Positions 1 through 8,093 of a stretch of 64,000 bases of DNA are shown piece after piece (the stretch's first letter is position 1; each line of letters starts with the position of its first letter). The notes beneath the pieces are model-generated. The model made no database searches. It worked only from the letters and a program-made list of their open reading frames with translations, and was not told the DNA's origin. This DNA comes from a bacterium (GTDB taxonomy: Bacteria; Pseudomonadota; Alphaproteobacteria; Rhodobacterales; Rhodobacteraceae). Made by a program: the position numbers and the translations under genes. The stretch is from positions 16,558-80,557 of the forward strand of contig JBDTQR010000001.1 of NCBI GenBank assembly GCA_039932095.1, read 5' to 3'.

Positions 1-67
1 AGCCGGCGTTGATGGAGGCCGGATCAGAGACTGGAATCGGGGTAGGACATCGCGACTTATTCGCCGG

Positions 68-1375
68 CTAACGGGTACCAAGTGCCGCGCGCAGACGGCG
101 GAAGCTGCCGGCGATGCCATCTTGCGGCGCATCCTCGGCGAGAAAGCCGTCAAGGCTGGGCCAGACCTTGATCGCCTGATCAATCTGCGGGTCCGAACCC
201 TTGGCATAAAGCCCGGCCTGAATCATCAACTCGGCCCGGTCATAGGCACCAAGCAGGCGGCGGGCCTTGGTGATTTCCAGATTTTCGGCCTCAGTCGCGG
301 CGTCGGGCAAGCTGCGCGAGACCGAGCGGAGCAGGTCGATGGCTGGAAAGCGGCCACGTTCGGCAATCGCGCGGTCCATCACGACATGGCCGTCGAGGAC
401 ACCGCGCAGGATGTCGGCAATCGTCTCCTCCATGTCCGACCCGGCGACCAGCACCGAAAACACGGCAGTGATGTCACCGGTCCCTTCGCTGCCCGGCCCG
501 GCACGCTCGGCCCAGGCCATGATGGCGGGGGCAACGGAAGGGGGATAACCCCGCAGCGACGCCTCTTCGCCGCCCGCCAGTGCCACCTCGCGGTGCGCCT
601 CGGCAAAGCGGGTGACCGAATCGGCCAGCAGCAGGACATGCAGGCCCTGATCGCGGAAGTGTTCGGCCACCGCCATTGCGGCCCAGGCGCAGCGGCGGCG
701 GATCAGGGGGGACTGGTCAGAGGTGGCTGTGACGACGATGGCGCGTTTCATGCCCTCTGGCCCCAGCACCCGCTCGATGAATTCGCGCAGTTCCCGGCCG
801 CGCTCGCCGATCAGGGCAATGACCACGACGTCGGAGGTGACGCCACGGGCGAATTTGCCCAGCAGCGTCGATTTGCCGACGCCGGAGCCGGCGAACAGGC
901 CGATCCGCTGGCCACGCACCAGGGGAAGCAGCGTGTCGAACACGGCGACCCCGGTTTCAAGCCGCGCGCCAAAGCGGCGGCGGGTGGCGGCGAGGGGGGC
1001 GGCGGCGAGCAGGGGTTGCACCTTGGCACCACGGTAGAGCGGACGGCCATCCAGCGGCGCACCAAACGGGTCAATGACGCGGCCAATCCAGCTGTTGTCC
1101 GGCGCAAGGCCCGACTGACCACGCAGGCGAACGACGGCGCCAATGGCGAGGCCTTCGGCAAGAGAATCCGTCAATACGGTGATGCTGTCGGTCCGCAGGG
1201 CCACCACTTCGCCGCCAAGTCGGTCACCGATCAGCACCCGATCGCCCAGCGCCGCCACACACTCCAACCCGGTGACGATGATCACGCCGCGCGCCACCTC
1301 GACCACCCGGCCAAGGCGGATGGTCTGGGTCACGGTAGAGATTTCAGCAACCAGAGCGTCAAAAACACCGGCCAT
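68..1375 (-). CDS. fliI: Flagellar export ATPase FliI
   Basis: Walker A GSGVGKST, ALIGERGRE, DSVTRFA and GYPPSV motifs; divergent from flgB. Confidence 0.97.
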   Translation of the reverse strand: MAGVFDALVAEISTVTQTIRLGRVVEVARGVIIVTGLECVAALGDRVLIGDRLGGEVVALRTDSITVLTDSLAEGLAIGAVVRLRGQSGLAPDNSWIGRVIDPFGAPLDGRPLYRGAKVQPLLAAAPLAATRRRFGARLETGVAVFDTLLPLVRGQRIGLFAGSGVGKSTLLGKFARGVTSDVVVIALIGERGRELREFIERVLGPEGMKRAIVVTATSDQSPLIRRRCAWAAMAVAEHFRDQGLHVLLLADSVTRFAEAHREVALAGGEEASLRGYPPSVAPAIMAWAERAGPGSEGTGDITAVFSVLVAGSDMEETIADILRGVLDGHVVMDRAIAERGRFPAIDLLRSVSRSLPDAATEAENLEITKARRLLGAYDRAELMIQAGLYAKGSDPQIDQAIKVWPSLDGFLAEDAPQDGIAGSFRRLRAALGTR

Positions 1376-1420
1376 GGGATTCTCCCTTTGTTCCTGCTTA
1401 CCCTTTCTAAAGGAATCACC

Positions 1421-1426
1421 GTTAAG
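1421..1426. promoter_or_regulatory. Possible CtrA half-site (TTAAC on minus strand) in the fliI/flgB divergent spacer
   Basis: GTTAAG in the 83-bp divergent spacer; no full TTAA-N7-TTAA. Confidence 0.35.
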
Positions 1427-1458
1427 CCTTGGTGAAGTAGGTCGAGGGAGAAGCCCCG

Positions 1459-1842
1459 ATGTTTGAAGACTTGGGTATCATCAGAATGGCAGAGGCTCTG
1501 GCGAGCCATGCCGGGGCACGTCTGGGACTGATCGCGCGTAATGTCGCGCAAGCCGACACGCCCGGATACAAGGCGATGGACCTGCCCGATTTCGCCACGA
1601 CCTACCAGAACGCCGCGCCGGACGGGATGCGCGCGACGCGTCCGGGACATTTCACGACGGCGGGCGCGATGACGACGGCGGTGGCGCAGCCGACCGGAGG
1701 TGAGATGTCGCCCGATGGCAATACCGTCAGCATCGAACGCGAAATGGTGAAATCGGTCGACGTTCGCCAGCAGCATGACATGGCGCTGGCGGTCTATCGC
1801 AACACTGCCGACATTATTCGCGCCAGCCTGGGGCGGCGCTGA
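1459..1842 (+). CDS. flgB: Basal-body rod protein FlgB
   Basis: ARNVAQADTPGYKA and PDGNTVSIEREM motifs; first gene of the flgBC-fliE run. Confidence 0.93.
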   Translation: MFEDLGIIRMAEALASHAGARLGLIARNVAQADTPGYKAMDLPDFATTYQNAAPDGMRATRPGHFTTAGAMTTAVAQPTGGEMSPDGNTVSIEREMVKSVDVRQQHDMALAVYRNTADIIRASLGRR

Positions 1843-2222
1843 TGGCAGACCTGATCACATCGCTCAGCTATTCCGCCTCGGGGATGGAGGCGCAGGCCGC
1901 CCGGTTGCGCCATGTCTCCGAAAACATATCCAACGCGGACACCCCCGGCTATCACCGCAAGCTGATGGCGTTCCATGAAGATTTGGCCAGTGGTGAGGTC
2001 ACGGCCGGTCCGGTCACGCTTGACAGAAGTCAGCTGGCCTCGGTCTTTGACCCCGGAAATCCGCTGTCCGATGCTACCGGCCACTATGATGGATCAAATG
2101 TCGATCTGGTGGTCGAGATCGCTGACGCGCGCGAAGCGCAGCGCAGCTATGAGGCGAACCTCAAAATCTTCGATCAGGCAAGGCAAATGACCCAAAGCCT
2201 GTTCGAACTGTTGCGGAGATAG
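1842..2222 (+). CDS. flgC: Basal-body rod protein FlgC
   Basis: SENISNADTPGY, SNVDLVVEIAD and AQRSYEANL; TGATG coupling to flgB. Confidence 0.95.
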   Translation: MADLITSLSYSASGMEAQAARLRHVSENISNADTPGYHRKLMAFHEDLASGEVTAGPVTLDRSQLASVFDPGNPLSDATGHYDGSNVDLVVEIADAREAQRSYEANLKIFDQARQMTQSLFELLRR

Positions 2223-2230
2223 GATCCAGA

Positions 2231-2521
2231 ATGGAGATCAATACGACACTCGCCGCGCAGAATTATGCAAAGGCTCGCTCGGCCGCGGCCCCGAATCCGC
2301 AGCCGGGCGGCGCTGAACAGGGCTTTGCCCGGTTCGCCCAAAGCTTCGCCGACACTTTGGCGACGGGCGAGCAGACCGCAAAATTGGCCATGACCGGCGG
2401 CGCAGACCCGCATGCGTTGGTCCAGGCGTTGGCCAATTCGCAGCTGGCGGTCGAGACGGTGTCAACCGTGCGCGACAAAGTGGTGGAGGCCTATCAGGAA
2501 ATTCTGAGGATGCCGGTATGA
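2231..2521 (+). CDS. fliE: Hook-basal body protein FliE
   Basis: C-terminal VRDKVVEAYQEILRMPV. Confidence 0.96.
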   Translation: MEINTTLAAQNYAKARSAAAPNPQPGGAEQGFARFAQSFADTLATGEQTAKLAMTGGADPHALVQALANSQLAVETVSTVRDKVVEAYQEILRMPV

Positions 2522-2784
2522 GCGATACAATTCTGTTTGACGTGCTGCGGCAGGGCCTGTGGATCGCTGTGCTGATCTCGATGCCGTTGTTGACGGTCGG
2601 CCTTGTGGTCGGGCTGGCGGTCGGGTTGTTTCAGGCGCTGACCTCGGTGCAGGAAAACACCCTGACCTTTGTGCCAAAGGTCGCCGCGATGATGGTGGTG
2701 TTCTGGGTATCGATGAGCTTCATGACCTCTACCCTGGTCAGTTTTTTCACCGGCACCATCGTGCCGATGATCGCAGGGAGTTGA
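2518..2784 (+). CDS. fliQ: Export gate protein FliQ
   Basis: Hydrophobic 88 aa with FQALTSVQENTLTFVPK. Confidence 0.96.
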   Translation: MSDTILFDVLRQGLWIAVLISMPLLTVGLVVGLAVGLFQALTSVQENTLTFVPKVAAMMVVFWVSMSFMTSTLVSFFTGTIVPMIAGS

Positions 2785-2787
2785 GCG

Positions 2788-3498
2788 ATGGATGCTTCCG
2801 GCTATGTGACCCTGTCACGGCAAAGCGGGCTGCTGAGCCAGATGGACACCATCGCCAACAACATCGCCAATGCCTCGACCACCGGGTTCCGGCGCGAAGG
2901 GGTGGTGTTTTCGGAATATATCAAGCGGGCGGGCGACGCGCCGTCGCTGTCGATGGGCTTTGGCAACACGCGGGTCGTCGATCAGTTGCAAGGCGGACTG
3001 ACCCAGACTGGCGGGGCGTTCGATCTGGCGATCGAGGGCGACGGCTTTTTCCTGATCGACACGCCGCAGGGCCAGCAACTGACCCGCTCGGGAGCGTTCA
3101 CGCCCAGCCCGGATGGCACCCTGGTGACCGATGACGGTTATCATGTGCTGGATGGCGGCGGTTCGGCGATTTTCGTGCCTGCGACGGCCAAAACCGTCTC
3201 TGTCGCACTGGATGGAACGGTTTCGGCGGATGGTGTGCCGCTGGCACAGGTCGGACTATGGCAACTAACGGATCCACTTAGCCTGAAACATGAGGCCGGG
3301 ACTCGGTTCACCTCCAGCGGCGTCGAACCGGCAGCGGGCGCGCGGGTGATGCAGGGCTACCTTGAGGACAGCAATGTCGATCCGCTGCAAGAGGTTGCCA
3401 GCATGATTGCCGTGCAGCGCGCCTATGAATTGGGGCAGAGCTTTCTCGACCGCGAAGACGACCGCGCCCGCAATGTCATCCAGACCCTTGGCCGATAG
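2788..3498 (+). CDS. flgF: Basal-body rod protein FlgF
   Basis: IANNIANASTTGFR, DLAIEGDGFF and GYLEDSNV; lies before flgG. Confidence 0.92.
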   Translation: MDASGYVTLSRQSGLLSQMDTIANNIANASTTGFRREGVVFSEYIKRAGDAPSLSMGFGNTRVVDQLQGGLTQTGGAFDLAIEGDGFFLIDTPQGQQLTRSGAFTPSPDGTLVTDDGYHVLDGGGSAIFVPATAKTVSVALDGTVSADGVPLAQVGLWQLTDPLSLKHEAGTRFTSSGVEPAAGARVMQGYLEDSNVDPLQEVASMIAVQRAYELGQSFLDREDDRARNVIQTLGR

Positions 3499-3507
3499 GA
3501 CAGCAAA

Positions 3508-4293
3508 ATGAACGCCCTGCAGATCGCCGCGACGGGAATGAGCGCGCAACAGATGAAGGTCGATGTGGTGTCCAACAACCTCGCCAACATGTCGACCACC
3601 GGCTATAACGCCCGCCGCGCCGATTTTGCCGACCTGATGTATCAACAGGTGCAGCGGCCGGGGTCGATATCGTCGCAGGATGGCACCATGCTGCCGACGG
3701 GGGTGCAGCTGGGCCTTGGTGTAAGGCCATCGTCGGTGTCGGTGGTGCTGGCGCAGGGCACGCTGAGCCAGACCGGCGGCGATCTGGACCTGGCGATGGA
3801 TGGCAAGGGCTATCTGGAGGTGACCCTGCCCTCTGGCGGCACTGCCTATACCAGGGATGGTGCGCTGAACCGGTCGTCGGATGGCCAGATCGTGACTTCG
3901 GATGGCTATCCGGTGGTGCCCGGCATCACCATTCCTCCGGATGCCAAAAGCATCTCGATCAACGCCAATGGCGAGGTCTACGCCTATTTCACCGATCAGG
4001 TGACCCCGACGCTGCTCGGCCAGTTCACCCTGGCCAGTTTCACCAATGAAAAGGGGCTGGAGGCGACCGGGTCGAACCTGTTTCTGGAAAGCCCGGCCTC
4101 AGGTCCGGCGATTGTCGGCACCCCGGGGCTCGACGGGTTTGGCATGCTGCGGCAGGGCTATCTGGAGGAAAGCTCGGTCGATTCGGTCAAGGAAGTGACC
4201 GAATTGATCAAGGCCCAGCGCGGCTATGAGCTTAACGCCAAGGTGATCACTGCGGTGGATGAGATGATGTCGACCACGACGCAGGTGAAGTGA
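3508..4293 (+). CDS. flgG: Distal rod protein FlgG
   Basis: SNNLANMSTTGY, RADFADLMYQ and QRGYELNAKVI. Confidence 0.97.
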   Translation: MNALQIAATGMSAQQMKVDVVSNNLANMSTTGYNARRADFADLMYQQVQRPGSISSQDGTMLPTGVQLGLGVRPSSVSVVLAQGTLSQTGGDLDLAMDGKGYLEVTLPSGGTAYTRDGALNRSSDGQIVTSDGYPVVPGITIPPDAKSISINANGEVYAYFTDQVTPTLLGQFTLASFTNEKGLEATGSNLFLESPASGPAIVGTPGLDGFGMLRQGYLEESSVDSVKEVTELIKAQRGYELNAKVITAVDEMMSTTTQVK

Positions 4294-4718
4294 TGCGGTT
4301 CTGGGCCCTGATCGCCTTGCTGCCGCTGCCGGTGCTGGCAGACAGCATGGTGGCGACCCGGACGATTCGCGCCAGGACCGTGATCACCGCCGAGGATTTT
4401 TCGATGGTCGAGGCCGATATTCCCGGCGCTGTCACCGACCCCGGCACCGCCATCGGACAGGAAACGCGGGTGACGGTCTATGCCGGGCGACCGGTGATGG
4501 CGACCGAACTTGGGGCGGCTGCGTTGGTCGAACGCAACCAGACGGTGTCGCTGATTTTCCGGTCGGCCGGGTTGTCGATCCTGACGGATGGACGTGCGCT
4601 GGACCGCGGCGGTGCGGGTGATGTGATCAAAGTGATGAACCTGTCGTCGCGTGCGACGGTAACCGGAACAATTGGCGCGGATGGTTCGGTGTCCGTCGGT
4701 GCGGGCGACAAAGGATGA
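4293..4718 (+). CDS. flgA: P-ring chaperone FlgA (short form)
   Basis: Signal peptide, SAF-like region, GRALDRGGAGDVIKVMNLSS; lies between flgG and flgH. Confidence 0.88.
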   Translation: MRFWALIALLPLPVLADSMVATRTIRARTVITAEDFSMVEADIPGAVTDPGTAIGQETRVTVYAGRPVMATELGAAALVERNQTVSLIFRSAGLSILTDGRALDRGGAGDVIKVMNLSSRATVTGTIGADGSVSVGAGDKG

Positions 4719-5443
4719 CGAAGATGCGATTTGCCTTTCTGCTGTGTCTGGCCCTGGCCGCCTGCGGTGATCTGAACCGCGTCGGGCGGGCACCAGAGTT
4801 TTCGCCGATGCAGAACAGTTCCGAACACGATTCGATGTATTCACGGTTGCCGGTGTCAGTCGATCCGCCGCGCAGTGCCGCAGACCACTCATCGCTGTGG
4901 ACGGCACAACGCTCCTCTTTGCTGGGCGATCACCGGGCCGGCAAGCGCGGCGACATTCTGACGGTTGTGGTTGAGATCAACGATCAGGCGCAGTTTTCCG
5001 ATACCACCGGTCGGACCCGCAGCGGATCTGAGGCTATGGGCATGCCGTCGATGTTCGGCATTCCGCAGCGGCTGAATGCCGGTTTTCCGGACGGGGCGAC
5101 GTCGGCCAGTCTGGTGTCGACCAATTCCAATTCGACCTTCAATGGCAATGGCTCCACTGCACGCAATGAGAAGGTGACGTTGCGGCTGGCGGTGACGGTG
5201 GTGGAAGAGCTGCCGAATGGCGTGCTCAGGGTCGAAGGCCAGCAGGAGGTCCGGGTCAACAACGAACTGCGCGAATTGCGGATAAGCGGCTATGTCCGGC
5301 CCGACGATGTCTCGCGACAGAACGAAGTCACCTATGACAAGATCGCCGAGGCACAGATTTCCTATGGCGGGCGCGGCCTGCTGACCGATGCCCAACAACC
5401 GCGTTATGGCCAGCAGCTGGTCGACCAGCTGATGCCGTTCTAG
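4715..5443 (+). CDS. flgH: L-ring lipoprotein FlgH
   Basis: Lipobox LAAC; GDILTVVV, LPNGVLRVEG and KIAEAQISYGGRG. Confidence 0.96.
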   Translation: MTKMRFAFLLCLALAACGDLNRVGRAPEFSPMQNSSEHDSMYSRLPVSVDPPRSAADHSSLWTAQRSSLLGDHRAGKRGDILTVVVEINDQAQFSDTTGRTRSGSEAMGMPSMFGIPQRLNAGFPDGATSASLVSTNSNSTFNGNGSTARNEKVTLRLAVTVVEELPNGVLRVEGQQEVRVNNELRELRISGYVRPDDVSRQNEVTYDKIAEAQISYGGRGLLTDAQQPRYGQQLVDQLMPF

Positions 5444-5446
5444 GCC

Positions 5447-5902
5447 ATGAAGAAATTCCTCCTCCCCGTCCTGCTCGCCATGCTGGGTCTCGGCATCGGG
5501 ATCGGCGCGGGCAAATTCCTGCAGCCGGCTCCGGTCGAACATGAGGTGGTGGAGGCGGTGCCGATAGATCCCGCCCTGACCCCCGAATATGTCAAGCTGG
5601 CCAACCAGTTCGTCGTGCCGGTGATGCAGAAAGGTAAGGTCAGCGCGATGGTGATCTTGTCGCTGAGCCTTGAGGTCAAGCCGGGCACCACGCAAGAGGT
5701 TTACAATATCGAACCGAAATTGCGGGACAGCTTTCTGCAGGTGATGTTCGACCATGCCAATTCCGGCGGGTTTTCCGGCTCCTACACCGACGGGGCGAAC
5801 CTGCTCATGCTGCGCAAGGCGCTGCTGGAGGCGGCCCGGGTGGTGATGCAGGATAGCGTCAGTGACGTCTTGATCACCGATATCGTGCGGCAGGACAGTT
5901 GA
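5447..5902 (+). CDS. fliL: FliL-family protein (paralog 1)
   Basis: N-terminal TM segment; YVKLANQFVVPV and EPKLRDSFLQV resemble the FliL domain. Confidence 0.7.
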   Translation: MKKFLLPVLLAMLGLGIGIGAGKFLQPAPVEHEVVEAVPIDPALTPEYVKLANQFVVPVMQKGKVSAMVILSLSLEVKPGTTQEVYNIEPKLRDSFLQVMFDHANSGGFSGSYTDGANLLMLRKALLEAARVVMQDSVSDVLITDIVRQDS

Positions 5903-5908
5903 TATCGG

Positions 5909-6241
5909 TCAACCTCGCCGCAGCGGCAATTTCCCGATGACCTGATTGCGTCCGAAGGCCTGGGCGGCGTCTTGCCGCGCCTCCACCCAAATGGCGGTCT
6001 GGCGCGCAAGGTCAAGATTGATCGCCGAGCGGCGCTGATCTGCCCAGTTCTGATAGCGCAAAGTCACCTCTCCGGCAATGACAGGGTCTAAATCCGTCGG
6101 CGGCAGCGGACGGTTCAGGATGGCAAGATGGTCAAGGCTGACCTGCCGCGCATGGGCGGCTTTTTCAAGCGCGAGCAGGCCGATGTCCAGCTTCAGCTGG
6201 CTGACCCGCCGCAGTTGCGCCAGTTTCTCCCGCTCACTCAT
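5909..6241 (-). CDS. Small helical protein after flhB, possibly FliJ-like
   Basis: ATG at 6241 overlaps the flhB TGA (ATGA); amphipathic, coiled-coil-like sequence. Confidence 0.6.
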   Translation of the reverse strand: MSEREKLAQLRRVSQLKLDIGLLALEKAAHARQVSLDHLAILNRPLPPTDLDPVIAGEVTLRYQNWADQRRSAINLDLARQTAIWVEARQDAAQAFGRNQVIGKLPLRRG

Positions 6242-7320
6242 CGCCGTGACTTCGCCTTCTTGCACATCGCCTCGGAGAACCGGATGGCGGCGGCGACGGC
6301 CTTGAAATGCTCGGGCCTGATCGGTGAGCCGACCTCTACGGTGGCAAAGATCGCGCGGGCGGTCGGCGGGTCGCGGTGGATTGGAACGCCAATCTCCGCC
6401 GCCTTTTCGCGAATCCGCGCCGCCACGTCGTCAACCCCCTTGGCCAGACAAAGGGGCGCGGTCCGGTCGCCACGCTTCCATTTCAGTGCTACGGCATAAT
6501 GGGTCGGGTTGACCAGGATGACATCGGCCTTGGCGACATCGCTCAGCATCTGGCTCATCGCGATTTCGCGCCCCCTTTGGCGGCGGTGGCCTTTCATGTG
6601 GGGATCGCCGTCGGACTCCTTATGCTCATCGATCATCTCTTGCCGCGACATCCGGTTGCGGCGGCGGTGCTGCAGATATTGCCAGCCATAGTCGAAGCCG
6701 CCGAAAATCAGCAGGGACAGAAACGCCAGCAGGACGAATTGCAACAGGATGCGGAACATCAGCAGCATCGACTGGCCGGGTGACACTTGCAGGCTGAGCA
6801 GCACCTCATTGGCGTGCCGGGAAACCAGAATGGCCCCAAGCAGGCAGGTGACGCAGAGTTTGAGGAAGCTTTTGCCGAACGCAAACAGCCCGTCGCGGCC
6901 GAACTTCTGGCCAAAGCTTTTGACCGGTGAAATGCGCGACAGTTTTGGTGCCAACTTCTCGGGCGAGAAGATCAGACTGCGCTGGCTGATCGCGGCAAGC
7001 AGGGCCGCGATCATCGGCAGCAGCAGCATCGGCAGGAATGGCAGGGCGAAAGACGCCAGCACCCCGGCCATCGGGGCGCGCGATGATTGCAGGGTCAGAG
7101 GGGCCAGACGTTCGGACTGGCCGATCAGAACCATCGCGGCTGACCCTGCCTGACGGATCGCAGCATCACCGGCGAGCAGGAAGGCCAGCGCGAAGCCGGC
7201 ATAGACCGCAGCCGAGACCAGATCTGCCGACCGCGGCACGTCACCGCGTTTGCGCGCCTCATCCAGACGACGTTGCGACGGTTCGTGTTCGCGTTCGGTG
7301 TCGTCGTCGGGCGCGCTCAT
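6238..7320 (-). CDS. flhB: Export substrate-specificity switch FlhB
   Basis: NPTH autocleavage motif; KESDGDPHMK. Confidence 0.97.
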   Translation of the reverse strand: MSAPDDDTEREHEPSQRRLDEARKRGDVPRSADLVSAAVYAGFALAFLLAGDAAIRQAGSAAMVLIGQSERLAPLTLQSSRAPMAGVLASFALPFLPMLLLPMIAALLAAISQRSLIFSPEKLAPKLSRISPVKSFGQKFGRDGLFAFGKSFLKLCVTCLLGAILVSRHANEVLLSLQVSPGQSMLLMFRILLQFVLLAFLSLLIFGGFDYGWQYLQHRRRNRMSRQEMIDEHKESDGDPHMKGHRRQRGREIAMSQMLSDVAKADVILVNPTHYAVALKWKRGDRTAPLCLAKGVDDVAARIREKAAEIGVPIHRDPPTARAIFATVEVGSPIRPEHFKAVAAAIRFSEAMCKKAKSRR

Positions 7321-8093
7321 GGGTCACCCCGGTAGGGTGAGGCCAAGAAGCTGTCAAAACTGCCGAGCCAGACGCCGAGCATCAGGGGGACGGTCACGGC
7401 CATGAGGATCAGGCACCCGGCGGTCAGGGCGGGCGCGCCGACCAGCGATACGGCCAGTTGCGGCATCGCCTTGTTGATGACGCCGAGCGCAACGTTGTAA
7501 ACCACGGACCCAATGACGAAAGGCGCGGCAAGGGCAAAGGCGAGGGCGAAGGCATGGACCACCTGCAGCACGCCCCAGTCGGCCAAGTCGGCGGTGGCGG
7601 GCAAGCGGCCGGCGGGCAGGACGCGGTAGGACAGGATCAGCAGGCTGGCGGCCTTGACATGGAGCCCGGCCATCACGGCGAGCGCCAGGCTGGCCATCGT
7701 CAGCAGGTTGCCGATGGCGGGCTGCGGCTCGGGTGTGGCGCCGCCGAACAGTTGCGCGAGGGACGAAACCTGCGCGATGATCGCGCCGGCAATCTGCAGG
7801 GCAAAGATGAACAGTCTGAGGCCCATGCCGAGCGCCAGACCGACCAGCACCTCGATTGCGGCGGGCTGGATCAGTCCGGCGGTGGCACCAACTTCAGGGG
7901 CGACGGCCGGGGCGACAACGGCGGTGAAAGCGAGTGCCAACACCAGCCGCACCCTTTCCGGGACGACCTGATCGCCAAAAGCCGGCATCAGCGCCATCGC
8001 CGCGCCCACCCGCAGGAAGACCAGAACCAGGGTTCGGAACCAGGTTTGCCCAAGGCCGGTCAGCGCCTGCAACTGGCCCAGCAGATCGATCAT
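7317..8093 (-). CDS. fliR: Export gate protein FliR
   Basis: Multi-TM; FLRVGAA and INKAMPQL; lies between flhA and flhB. Confidence 0.93.
   Translation of the reverse strand: MIDLLGQLQALTGLGQTWFRTLVLVFLRVGAAMALMPAFGDQVVPERVRLVLALAFTAVVAPAVAPEVGATAGLIQPAAIEVLVGLALGMGLRLFIFALQIAGAIIAQVSSLAQLFGGATPEPQPAIGNLLTMASLALAVMAGLHVKAASLLILSYRVLPAGRLPATADLADWGVLQVVHAFALAFALAAPFVIGSVVYNVALGVINKAMPQLAVSLVGAPALTAGCLILMAVTVPLMLGVWLGSFDSFLASPYRGDP

Noticed and set aside
1-67. Possible gene end or start at the left edge
   Set aside because: Too short; no frame gives a recognisable peptide
122-1435. 437-aa plus-strand ORF, and similar long antisense ORFs (15746-17392, 33667-34746, 40829-41722, 47794-49803, 57961-59637, 59914-61185)
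   Set aside because: Shadow ORFs opposite well-supported genes, expected in high-GC DNA; no recognisable motifs
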